A DNA stretch of 64,000 bases from the human T2T-CHM13v2.0 reference genome, Homo sapiens: NCBI GenBank assembly GCA_009914755.4, contig CP068257.2, forward strand, positions 38,272,001 to 38,336,000. The letters run 5' to 3'. The notes below the pieces were generated by a model. The model was not told where the DNA came from. It did not search any database and saw nothing but the letters and a program-made list of their open reading frames with translations. Position 1 is the stretch's first letter. Each line of letters starts with the position of its first letter. Shown in pieces: positions 41,599 to 53,500 of the stretch. A program made the translations under genes and the position numbers.

Positions 41599-44500
41599 AT
41601 TCAAGTGACTGCCTTTCTTTCTCTCTTTATTTTACCTGATGTTAGAGGTGACTGTGAGCCAGGTGTCTATTTCTTTCTCTTAGGAGTCAGAGATGTAACA
41701 CATTGTCTTCTGTTAGGAGCTTTTTTGCTGAGAGTGAGAGATCCATTTTCAGCCATGCTTGCCTCATTTGGAGAGTCCTAAGTGCTGGCTGGCGATGGCA
41801 ACGTATTTTCTTCTTATCATGGGAATAGAGCCCTGTATCCTCGGGTGCCAAAGACAGAAGTTTCCCTGGGGAATTATGACTGATTCAGGAGAACAAAATG
41901 GGAGAAGGTGATGCATTTGTGTTTGGAGCATCCCCAGATTTACTCAGCAGACCCATTTCAGATCTCCAAAGGGGACACTCTAGCCTGTTATAGGCCATTC
42001 TGCAGCTTACCTGCAGTGCTCTGCACCTGTGTGGCTCCAGGGTACTGGCACCCTCTCTAAACTCCCCAACTTCCTCTATGCTGTGATTTGCCACGTGGTA
42101 GGGTTATTTATTGCAACCTGTAGCAATTTAGAGAAGCTATCAGGCTTCTCTTCCATTCCACCTTCTCCCATGCAAACCTTGCAGGTAAACTGTTCTGTAA
42201 ATCCCGAAGTAGTTTTGTAGGCAGTGAGGAGAGGTCCATCCCATAGAGAGGACCTCACCGCCACTGATTTGGGAGCCAGTTGGTTGGGTGGGTACCCTCC
42301 TTGGGAGACACTTGTGGCTTTTGTTTGCACTTTTCCACATGATAACGTGATGTGTAAGTCACATCTCATCTTCAACCTCCTGAGATGTTTGAGATGCTCC
42401 ACGACTGCTGTCGTACACAGTGGGACATTGCATGTCTTTCCTTTGCCAGCTCCTTAACAAAGGGTCAAGGTGGAGCATGAAGAATAATGGGAAAAGGGGT
42501 GAGGGATGACATCGTATGTGTGCACATGTGTGTGCATGGGTGTGTGGATGTAAGGGATGGTGTGAGTGAGGCATGGGCAAGGCAATGACTGCAGGTGGAT
42601 GTGCCGCTGTTCCTGCGGCAGGGCCCCGTTTATTGTCAGGAAGGCACAGGTCAAGAAACACTGGCATGCTTGGGTGATTTACTGTCTCAAAAATCCCTCT
42701 GAAAGTGTGCATATTTTCTTGTGTAAGGAAATCTCTCCTGCCAGACAATTCCCTGCAGTCGTTAGAGACAGGGAAAACTCATAGATTCTGATGAATTTCC
42801 AATCATCAGAGAGCTAAACAGGATCACTTTGGCCCTGATAACCAGCGAGGACTCTGAGGGGCTCCTGATGCTGTGGTCCCTACTGAAAAGAGGACCACAG
42901 GCTGAGGGGACACTCCAGGAAAAGCTTCCTGAGACAGCAGAGATATGAATGCCACAGAAATCAGATGGGTCTCCATGTAGTCTTCTTTGGCGTTCCCTTA
43001 AGCTACCAATGTAAAGTAAGCCAGGAACAAAACAAACACTTACATATTTTGGATCAATTTCACCACACCTCATACTTCAAGCACCTCCATCCTCTGAATA
43101 GTTCACCTAAAGGAAGTAGGGGCACTGTCTATACTGGCTGCACTCTGGCCAGTGCTGTCCCAACGCTGACCCCTCTGGAAGCTAATCTGGCTTATAATGA
43201 GGATGCTTTCTTTAGAGGGGACTCTCCATGCACAGCAGAAAATCCCAATGGAGTGGTTCTTCCCTATGTCCCCAAGGGACTGGGAATATTCTTTCAGTAA
43301 CAATGGCCCATTGGGGGAAGAAGGATGAAAGTGGGGTGAGAGACGTGAAATTTGGAGAGGTCCCTCAAAGATTGTGATGTGCCTCTCTTGTTCCAATCAC
43401 AGGACAGGGGTATAATGGCTTTCCTTTGAAACACGGGGATGAATTTAACTATTCACTTCCCAGGTAGATTCATCAGGGTCTAGAGCTTCAGCTAACAGCA
43501 TGAGGAAGATTCCAAATGTGCCCCCATCAGCATAGGAACTGGGTATGTTGAGTCTATGGTCTCATAAAACCAGAAGAAGGACAAGGGATTGTGGCTCCAG
43601 GCTTGGGAGCACCTTTTCCTTACCATGGGCTACAGTATTTATTTAGGGTAAAGGAAGGAAACTCCTGAGGTGCTATGGGGTGCCAGCAATTTGGAGCATC
43701 AGTAATTCAATGTCCCTTCAGCCATGTGTATTCAACTCCTGCTGTGGGTGTGGACTTGGTGCAGTGGCTGCAAAGCAGGACAGTCCTTGTCAAGGTGCTG
43801 TCAGTCTGGTGGGGAAGGGACGAGGATAAGCAGATGCTGGAATGGAAGGAGGGGCACAGCACGGCAGATCATGGAGAATCAATCACTCAAGTCTTCTCCA
43901 GGTGCAGCCATGCCCGGCAGTGCACTGAAGGCTGACAGGAGTTCCTGGGTAAATAAGGGTGGTGGTTGGTGAAGAAGTGTCTGGGCAAAGTCCTTGAGAA
44001 GGAGGTGCACAACTTTGCCATCCCAGAGGCTGAATTTATCATTGCACTTCAGCCTGGGGGATGTGACTCTGCTCTCTGAACTTGGGGAGGCCAGGAGGCA
44101 AGAACCCAAGTATTTGAGACTTGAAACTGGATCCATCTTTGACTTACAGTCAGTCAAGTGACTACAGAGAAGTTACCTACCTCAAGTAGCCAGTTTCTTT
44201 AACAGCAAAGTGATGATAAAATCTTTGTGGTAAGGTGGTTGGCAAAGTGTTAGGAATTTAGAATGAGGCAAAATGCATGAGTGTCTGGCTCAGTGTAGGT
44301 GTCTAATAAATGTAAGCTGTCATTATTGATAAACCAGTGTGGTAAAGAGTCAACCATAGCTTCCCTTATCAACATGCAACACACAACACTTCACTCAACT
44401 GAAGCCATGGGACTCAGTTTCCCTTGGCTACAGCCAGTTGGACCAGTGGTAGGCACTTGACTCAAGGGGTGGGCTCAGCCTGTCTGAATATTTCTCTAGT

Positions 44501-45837
44501 GATTCTGAATTAACCTTCATGGGAGCTGAGCCAGTTAAGGTGAGGGAGATGTTGAGCTGGGACAAGGCTGGTGTGGTGACAGGTAAAAGTTGCAAAAAAG
44601 GTTTTAAAAAACTTTTTTTTTTTTTCAAGGAGCTGCAAAAGCCCATGTGGAGACAGGTGCAGGAAGAAGGAGAGGACTTGAGACTCAAGGTACATGAGCC
44701 CATGAGAGATGAAGAGGTAGCCTAGGTTGAGTTAGTCATTTGGTAGCAATGAATAGAAACCCACTCATACTAGCTAAAAAAAGAGAGAATTATTCAGGTC
44801 TCACAGACATCCAAGAATAGAACATCCAAGACACCCAAGAAAAGAACAGAACACCATGGGCAGGCAGAATTATATTAGATTTATAAATAAACTAGGGCAC
44901 AGTGGGGAAGAATTGACGTCTTTATATTATTGTTTTTATAGCATTTTATGACGTTTGGTGGTTTTGTAGTTTTCTTCATATAGGTCTTGCACATTTCTTT
45001 TTGTTCTATTTCTAAGTGTTTCATAGTTTTTGTTGTCCTTGTAAGCACGATATTTTTCCAAAGCATTCTCTAGTAGGTGTTGCTGTTATCTCAAAGAACT
45101 ACTGATTTCTGTAGATTTAGCTCTGTAACCATTCATCTTACTGAACTACATTCCTGATCATTTTCCAGTGAATATTTTTGGATTTCCAGGTCCTATCACT
45201 TGCAAATAACAATAATTTTGTCTCTTCTTTCCGACTACTTTCAATTCCTTTTCTTTATTCTGTCTCATCTTCCTGTGTGTTGAGGGAGGCTTGGGCATGA
45301 TTTCAGTCTCAACAGTTATAGTGACAGACCATCTCACGGGTTGTCATTTGCATGGGTCAGCTATTTTGGGTTGATTGATTTTAACTTCATAAGATCATCT
45401 TTTCTCAAGTTTTATGAGTCTCTTATTGTACCTTTGAATGCACACATTTTATAGACTGTGGAGATTAACCTAAATAAATTAGTATAATTGTAAGGGGAGA
45501 TTGAACAGGAAGAGTTTAGGGTTAGGGCTTATTTAGGATTTGCGTTTAAGATGAGGATTCACACAAATGTCATGTTTAGGAGATTTCACTTGATTACAGC
45601 TCAAATCGTGGACAATCAAGGTAGAGTCCCTTGGTCACTCTTTTAGCTAGAGATGCTAAAACAAAATACCATACAAGGGTGGCTTAAACAATAGACACAT
45701 ATTTTTCACAGTTCTGGAGGCTAGGAAGTCCAAGATGAAGGTGCTGCAGGACTTGGTTCCTGGTGAGGTCTCTCTTCCTGGCTTTTAGACAGCCACCTTC
45801 TTGCTGTGTCCTCACATGGTAACATGGTAGACAGTGA

Positions 45838-46171
<334 letters not shown>

Positions 46172-48740
46172 TAATCCCATCATGGGGCCCGACCCTCTTG
46201 ATATCATCTAAGCCTAATTACCTTCCAAAGGTCCCACTTCAATATCATCATCTTGGGGGTTAGGGATTCACCATGTGAATTTAAAGGGACATAAACATTC
46301 AGTCCATAACATTCAGCTCACCCTTGGGCTTCATTTTCTGTAATTTGATCAGACTGAACAGTAGATTGGACTTTGTTTACTGCCCATCAATTTACTGCAC
46401 AACGTGGATTTATGCTCATTGCCTGCCACTCTTCCCCTCTGGTTGCTGCTTCAAGACTGGCTCCATTTTCCCTACAGCTGTGACAATGCACTATGTTCAG
46501 TGCCCCATTGCCCTTTAGGAAGTCTTTTGCTCTTTTGTTAACAGTTGCTTAATTCAATAAGAATTAAGGGTAAACAGAATGCTGCTATGCTTTATGTGCC
46601 CTCCATGGGAGTTAGGAGTCTGCAGAGAGGGGATGATGATGGGTTTGGGCTGAGGCATGTGTTGGAGGGCACCTGCTGGAGGGCAAGGCTTGATCAGGCT
46701 TTATGAATAAAACCGCCAGAGGATTGTTAAAGTAGAGCCACTGTTCTTGCTCTCTGCCCTGTAAAGCTGATTTGAATATGAAATTTTTGCCCCGCACCAA
46801 AAAAAAAGCTAACCACTCATTATATTATATGCCTGTGCTTCAGGCTTTCTCTGGCATCTGACGGTTTAAAGAGCTACTACCATCACATGGACCATGACAG
46901 CTCACAAAGGAGAGAGATGTACTTCTCTGTTAGTGCTTCTGGGGCTTCTACTGGGGGTCTTTCTTGTAGCCCCCAAGCTAAGTAAGAATTTTCTAGGCTA
47001 CCTACAGCATGAACTATGTTGTTAGATGTTGTCTTGTTCAAAGCCAGGCTGAGTCTTTGATTTAATGAGATGGATTCCTGCACAGAAATGCCTAGACTCA
47101 GGTGAAATCACATGGTATTCGATGTAACTAGGAGGAGTCCATGCCTTCCTGCTGTATTCTTCCTGCTGTATTCTTATGTGAACCTTACTGATGCCAGAAA
47201 TATTAGGCTGGCTGCTTTCCTCCCTCTGCTGCAGCCAGGCCACCTGTACCCAGGCCTTCTAACCAAGCACTGTGGTTTGGGAACCACACATGCGGCATGT
47301 CTGGCTCTAGACAAAATCACTTGTGGCTGACTCTGTAACTCTTGACAGGTGCAAAGGCTTAGACAGTGCTAATCCTGAGAGCTAACACTGTTCTATACCT
47401 GGATACTTTCAGTGACCATCCCTCCAATATCACCACATCATTTCCTCTTTCTAGTATATTCTGTAACAACCAGAGTAATTTTTAAAAACTGCAAACCTGG
47501 TCCTATCATCTTTTCCATGCTTACCTCCCCTCAAACTTCAACATTCTTTAATGTCTTAACTGTGCTCATAGGATAAAGCCAATTTCCTCTGTGTGGCACC
47601 CACACTGCCACCTCTCCTCTTGTTCTGGAGGCTTCTGATGTTCCTGGGATGTGCTCTCTTGCCCGCCCCAACATCAAGATGCTTGAGTCTGCTTCTCAAT
47701 CTCACCCTGCCCCTCTTTCTCTGCATCTGGTACTTCCTATCATCTTAGTTCTGAGCTGACCTGTTACTTTCTGGAGTAGTTGAGGGAGAACGAACTGATG
47801 GAAAGACAAACCCCCAAATCCCGGTGCCTGAACCCAGTAGAACTTTATTTCTTGCTTACAGCAGAATCCAAGACTGGTGCTCCAGAGTCATCTGCATTTT
47901 CCATGCGGGAGGCTGTGTCAAAAGTTTCTGATGGGTTAAACCCAGAAGTGACTGATTGACATTGATTCCACTGGCTGGGAGAAAACACCTGGTCTCGCCT
48001 ATGTGCAGGTGAGCAGGGAAATGCAGTCCACCTGTGTGCTCAGGAAGTGGAGGAAGCAGATTTGGGGCATCACTGCAGTTTCTGCCACAGCCCCCTCCCC
48101 TCACACCCCAACCCTTCCCACATACCTACTCACCCGACTCACCTAAGGTCCTGTTCCTGATGGCACTTATTACAACTGTAATTCACAGGCATCACTGTGA
48201 TTGTCCAATCAATACTCGTCTCCTCCATGCTGCTCCATGAGGTCAGGGACACCCGTTTTACCAGCGGTTCAGGTGCTCTGTAAGAACTTGCAGCAAGAAT
48301 GAATAAATACATCCATGCCCACATTTGTGGCATGCACTCTACAGAAATCATCTTTCCCAGTGTATTTGAGGGCAGAGGTACATAAAGGAACCCTAATGTT
48401 TTCATTCAGTAAACAGTCAAGGAAGACCTTGATCTGGTCAGAGTCCAAAGTCAGCCGGTATGCTTCAGCTTTTCATTTTCCTCTCTAAGGAGGGTGTTAG
48501 AAAGCCACTGCACTGTAGATTTTCTTGTCATCCTAGTTTACAATGGCTAGACATAGAGTGGAATTCAGGACAGATAGGCACCAAGACACAGGTACGTTTC
48601 TAGGCCTCTGTTTATTCCCCCAAAAAGCTGAACAAATCCCCAAGCCTATGGTGGTCTTGAGGTCAACAGGCACCTGAAAACTGCAAACCCAGGATCCTAC
48701 TTTATTCCATGCTATTCTTTCTTTTACAGGCTCTTTGCAA

Positions 48741-49101
48741 CCTGCAACTTCCACCTCCTGGGTTCAAGTGATTCTCCTGTCTCAGCCTCCCAAGTAGCTA
48801 GGATTACAGGTGCTCACCACCATGCCCGGCCAATTTTTGTATTTTTAGTAGAGATGGGGTTTCACCATATTGGCCAGGCCGGTCTCAAACTCCTAACGTC
48901 GGGTGATCCATCCACCTCAGCCTCCCGAGTAGCTAGGATTACAGGTGCTCACCACCATGCCTGGCTAATTTTTGTATTTTTAGTAGAGATGGGGTTTCAC
49001 CATATTGGCCAGGCCGGTCTCAAACTCCTAACATCGGGTGATCCATCCACCTCAGCCTCCCAGAGTGCTGGGATTACAGGCGTGAGCCAACATGCCTGGC
49101 C
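48741..49101 (-). mobile_element. Alu SINE, antisense, carrying an internal 134-bp tandem duplication (units 48783-48916 and 48917-49050)
   Basis: The segment CTCAGCCTCCC[A/G]AGTAGCTAGGATTACAGGTGCTCACCACCATGCC[C/T]GGC[C/T]AATTTTTGTATTTTTAGTAGAGATGGGGTTTCACCATATTGGCCAGGCCGGTCTCAAACTCCTAAC[G/A]TCGGGTGATCCATCCAC occurs twice back-to-back with 3 mismatches. The element is 360 bp rather than about 300. Confidence 0.88.
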
Positions 49102-49391
49102 ATGTCATTCTTTCTGTATAGAACAAATGCCTGCTGTTAGCCTACCCTCACTGTAGGCAGTGGACTGCCCTGGGCTTGTGGTCAGCCAGCCTAGTACTGG
49201 AGTTGTCCTGGGAAAGAAGCACAACTTCCTCTGGCCGCAACCTTCCCCTCTATAAAATGGACATAACTCCCAGGATGGTAGGGAGGGATTAAAAGCAACC
49301 TATGTGGAGCTCTTCCTGTGTATCAGGTTGTGGCAAGCTATTAAGGGCTTCACACATATTATTTCATTGAGTCTTAATAGTCTTAAAGAGG

Positions 49392-49520
49392 ATGTACTTT
49401 ATCCGCATTTTACAGATGAGAAACCTAAGGCTCAGAGAGGATGAGGGTCATGCAGCTATTGAGAGATGAGGTTGAATTCTGCATCTGGGTTTGACTTGAG
49501 AGCCTGAAGTCTTTGACACC
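49392..49520 (-). mobile_element. MIR SINE fragment, antisense
   Basis: TATCCGCATTTTACAGATGAGAAACCTAAGGCTCAGAGAGGATGAGGGTCATGCAGCTATTGAGAGATGAGGTTGAATTCTGCATCTGGGTTTGACT is the revcomp of the MIR core (ATTATCCCCATTTTACAGATGAGGAAACTGAGGCTCAGAGAGGTTAAGTAACTTGCCCAAGGTCACACAGCTAGTAAGTGGCAGAGCCGGGATTCGAACCCAGG). Confidence 0.6.
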
Positions 49521-52330
49521 CTATTCATCTAGTAGGAGGCATTGAACACCAATGTGTTTTGTAACTTACAGTGCTTCCTATCCATGTGGGGCACCATTTG
49601 GGTTCTGTAATCTCCAGTGCCCCCATGATGCCTCTCATGATTCAAGTCCTTTGGGGATCCTCTGCCTCTGCATTCCAATAGTGATGACTGTAGACAGAAT
49701 AAGACCCCTAAAGATGTCCATGTCCAAAACCCCAGAACACATGAATATGCCCAAAAGGACTTCATGGATGTCATTAAGTTAAAGATTTTGAGATGGAAAG
49801 ATTGTACTGGATTGCCTGAGTGGGTTCAATGTAATCACAAGCATATTTCGAAGAAGGAGGCAAGAGAGGATCAGCATTGGAAAAAAGGGTGGGAGGAATG
49901 TGCTTTGAGGATGGAGGAAGGGGCCAAGAACCAAGGAATGCAGGTGGCCTCTAGAAAAGGAAGGAACAGATTCTCCCTAGGAGTCTCCAGAAGGAACACA
50001 GCCCTGCCAAAACTTTGATTTTTACCTTATTATAATAGACACATTTTGGACTTCTGAGCCCCAGAACTATAGCATAGTAAATTGTGTTGTTTGAAGCTAC
50101 TAGGTTCGTGGTAGCTTGGAAATTATAATGCAGTGGTAATTTCTGTGCCATGTCTCTAGTACCTTAATGCTTGGTGTGGTCTTGCAGCTCACCTGTTATG
50201 CATGCACTGATTACTATCACCCCAGCTCACACAGCATCCCTCGAGACAGTCATCCAGTACATCCCTCTCTGTGAGGACACTGCAGATACAGAAGAGCTGA
50301 TGAAATGTTTTCTGGTCTTTAAAACTGTGGTACGGTGGTGAGGCTACTGAGATGGCTGGCAGATCACACTGTCCTCAGCCCTGGTCTCTGGGAATGGGTG
50401 GGATCTGCAGCAACATGATTATACCACAGTCTCTGTAGGACCCCCTTGGACAGGGAGGTGCCAAGGGCTGAGGCGAGCCAGCAGCATCGTGGTTCGTCAG
50501 CTGCTGTGGCCTGACAACCGTGGGTGAGCTTTGGAGGCTGGCCTGTGGCCAGCACTGGCCACAATTTTCTCCTTGTTCAGGTGTTGCTCAGGCTCTTTCG
50601 TGTGATTTGTTTGCAACCAAGCCAGCAGCCTCTGCAACCCCAGGCACGGAGCCAAGCCAATAAATCTGGCTGCCATGCAAATGGCTGTGCCATTGCAGAG
50701 CTGCAGGCCGAGAGGGAGCTGTGAAGATTCTGCACCATTTGTATTCCTGCCTGAAATACCATGCCATTCCCTGCATTCCCTGGCCCCACTTCTGTCAAGC
50801 TCCCAGGGGAGGAGCTGCCCATCCACCCAGTGTAAAGGACCGGTGGGGTGGTAAAGCAGAAAGTGGGTGTTCTATGACTTTGATAACCTCCTTGTGGGTG
50901 TGTGAAGGTGAGGGAACTCCGTGGGACAGTGATTGGAGTTGTTGGGTCCCCCTTTTCGATTGTCTTGGTCTCAATGAACAAAGGCATTCTTCAGCTCCTT
51001 TCTGAATGCCTGGCTCCCAATCCAGGTCTCATTTACTCAGTGCCTCTCACCCACATCTACTGGCTCCCTGATGTGTTTTCATGTTTATAAATCAAAGAGC
51101 GTGAATGTTGCTAGCTACCTTAGGGACCTCATCCAGCCCTGCATTTTATAAACAAGTGAAGCAAAGCTCTGAGAAATGGAGCGCTTGCCTGCAACCACAG
51201 GTCAGGCCCAGGCATAGCATCCTTCAGGGCCAGTGCATACCCTGATGCAGCTGAACCCTCAGCAAGGCTGCTGCCACCCATCTGCAACTCTCCACCAGAG
51301 ATGGGAGGCTGTGTTTTGTCCATCTAGGCCCTGAGACGCCCCTTGCTGGCTAGGTTGCCCAATCACTTGCTTGAATTCCCTGGGAATAGACATGGAAGAA
51401 AGAGCAAAAGCAAACAAACAGTGGCCCACTCCATTGCTTTTTCAGTGTGAATTTCAGAAGAGTGGAGGGGAGGGATGTGGCCATTAGGATGGAATCTCAG
51501 CGCTTTATCTGACACCCCCAGTAACGGTGGCTTCAATGACAGGGCTCATGTGTCTCATCTGTAAGAGTCTGGATTAGCAGCAGCTTCCTGGTATTAGGAC
51601 CAGAACTTCTACCTTGTCTGGCCATCTTTAATGTCCTGCCCTTTCTCTCATAGTCTGAGATGGATCACCACTGCATTCATGTCCAGCCACAGGAAGGGGA
51701 CAAGGCGGTGGACAACTGGGAGTATGGACGGAGAAGAGCACAGTCTCTGCCTCATGGGCCATCTTTTGTGGCCTAAACTAGGTAGATAGGCACACATGTG
51801 GCCTGAGTTCCCCAGACGGTTGACACCTGTCCAATTCTCCTGGTGCTGTGTGGCCTGGAGACATGTGATTGGAATGGCAGAAGATGGTTTCCATCCATGC
51901 ACGCATCTTCCCAGCACTCATCCTTCCAGCTAATGCTGATGCATCTCCTAGCCAGCACACAGGGCAGCTGGAAGTGATTGGCATTCCTGCCGCTCAGCAC
52001 CGTTCCTGGCCAATGCCTGGTGGGACTTGGAGGATAAATATCCCAGCTAACTTGCTCTCTATGTGAAATCACTCTGAGGCTGTACTGTTCTGCCTTCCAG
52101 AGTTCTGTTGTAGGGGTGAGCCCCAGGTCACACGCAGTAAACTGCTGGAGGGTGCACTTTGCATGGGCTTTGCTCTGTGTCTCACATGCTCACTTCCCTC
52201 CTGATACTCCCCAGAAAACCTCCCAAACAAACCACTTATATTTAAATGCTTGTCTCAAGGTTTGCATCTAGGAGAACCCATCCCAAGACATATGGCAAAG
52301 GAGACACGTGGGCATTTTTAGCTAAAACTC

Positions 52331-53500
52331 CAGGTTCCAAGAATTCTGGACCATATGCACCATATGTTTTGTTTACATCTTATGTTTCACAACCTCGTTT
52401 TTTTAATTAAGAAATCAGCCTCTTAAGATATAAGTGGGCAGAAATTAACTTAGTTTTTGTCCATCAAGAGTTATTTCCTTTCCTTGAAGGAAAAGCTTCC
52501 CTACAAGGGAAGGAAGGTGGAGTAGGAGGACCCATCTGCTCTGTGTTGGAATTCATCTAAGTCCTGGAAGTACGAAGACGAGAGAGACATGGTCTCTACT
52601 TTCTCTGGAAGCTTCATTCAAATGGGAGACTTAAGAGACATATATATGAGAGGTCAGCTAAGAGCATGAGAGAAAAATGCAAGATGTGTCGCAGTGAAGC
52701 TCACATTTATGAAAAAGCAAATGTGTCCTTGAGAAAGGGACAGGACTCCATGGATAGCTGGGAAGGCAGAAGCTTCTAGAAGAGGACCAGAGAGGTAGGA
52801 GGAGGAGAAAGGACCCTCAGCCCAAGAGTGAGGGTCTCAGTGTCTATCACAAGATCACGTGCTGCTGCGTCAGCCTCACCTATTTGATCACAGGCATTTC
52901 AGCCATGAACCCCTCTCTTCTGCCTCCTTGGGAATTGTATACGAACTCTCCCTCTGCTTTTCTAGGCTGGTGGAACATGCATTTCGGTGGCTTCAGGGAC
53001 TCTGCTTTCTTTACTGATTTGCATGTGTGACTTGGTGCTCCACTCTCTGGGATACGCTGACATCTTGAATCTGCTTCTGCATCTCAGGTTAAAACAGGGA
53101 TGTGCTCTGTGCACATGTTCATCCCCTCCCTTCCCTGTGCCACGTTACCCATGGCCTGGCCCCTCTCTGTCTTCCTGATGCTTGCCTATTTGCTCTCTGT
53201 TGAAGAACTTCAGGTTCCAAGCATTCTGGACCATACGTACCATGGTTTGTTTATGTCTTATTTTTCACAACCTCTTTTTTTTAAATTAAGAAATCAGTGC
53301 CTTAAGATAAAAATGGGTAGACATTAACTTAGTTTATGTCTATCAAGAGTTATTCCCTTTCCTTGAAGGGAAGGAAGGTAGAGTAGGAGGGTGTGACCCA
53401 ACTGCTTTGTGTTGGGATCCATCTAAGTCCTGAAGGTATGGTGATGAGAGAGATGTGGTCTCTATTTTTTTCTGGAAGCTTCATCCCAGTGGGATGCCCA
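52331..53500. repeat. Local dispersed duplication: about 300-bp copies at 52331-52630 and 53211-53500 (about 85% identity, offset 880 bp)
   Basis: CAGGTTCCAAG[A/C]ATTCTGGACCATA[T/C]G[C/T]ACCAT...TTCACAACCTC...TTAATTAAGAAATCAG..CTTAAGATA.AAGTGGG.AGA.ATTAACTTAGTTT.TGTC.ATCAAGAGTTATT.CCTTTCCTTGAAGG...GGAAGGAAGGT.GAGTAGGAGG...CATCTAAGTCCTG.AAG...TCTGGAAGCTTCAT is present in both copies. Confidence 0.85.
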
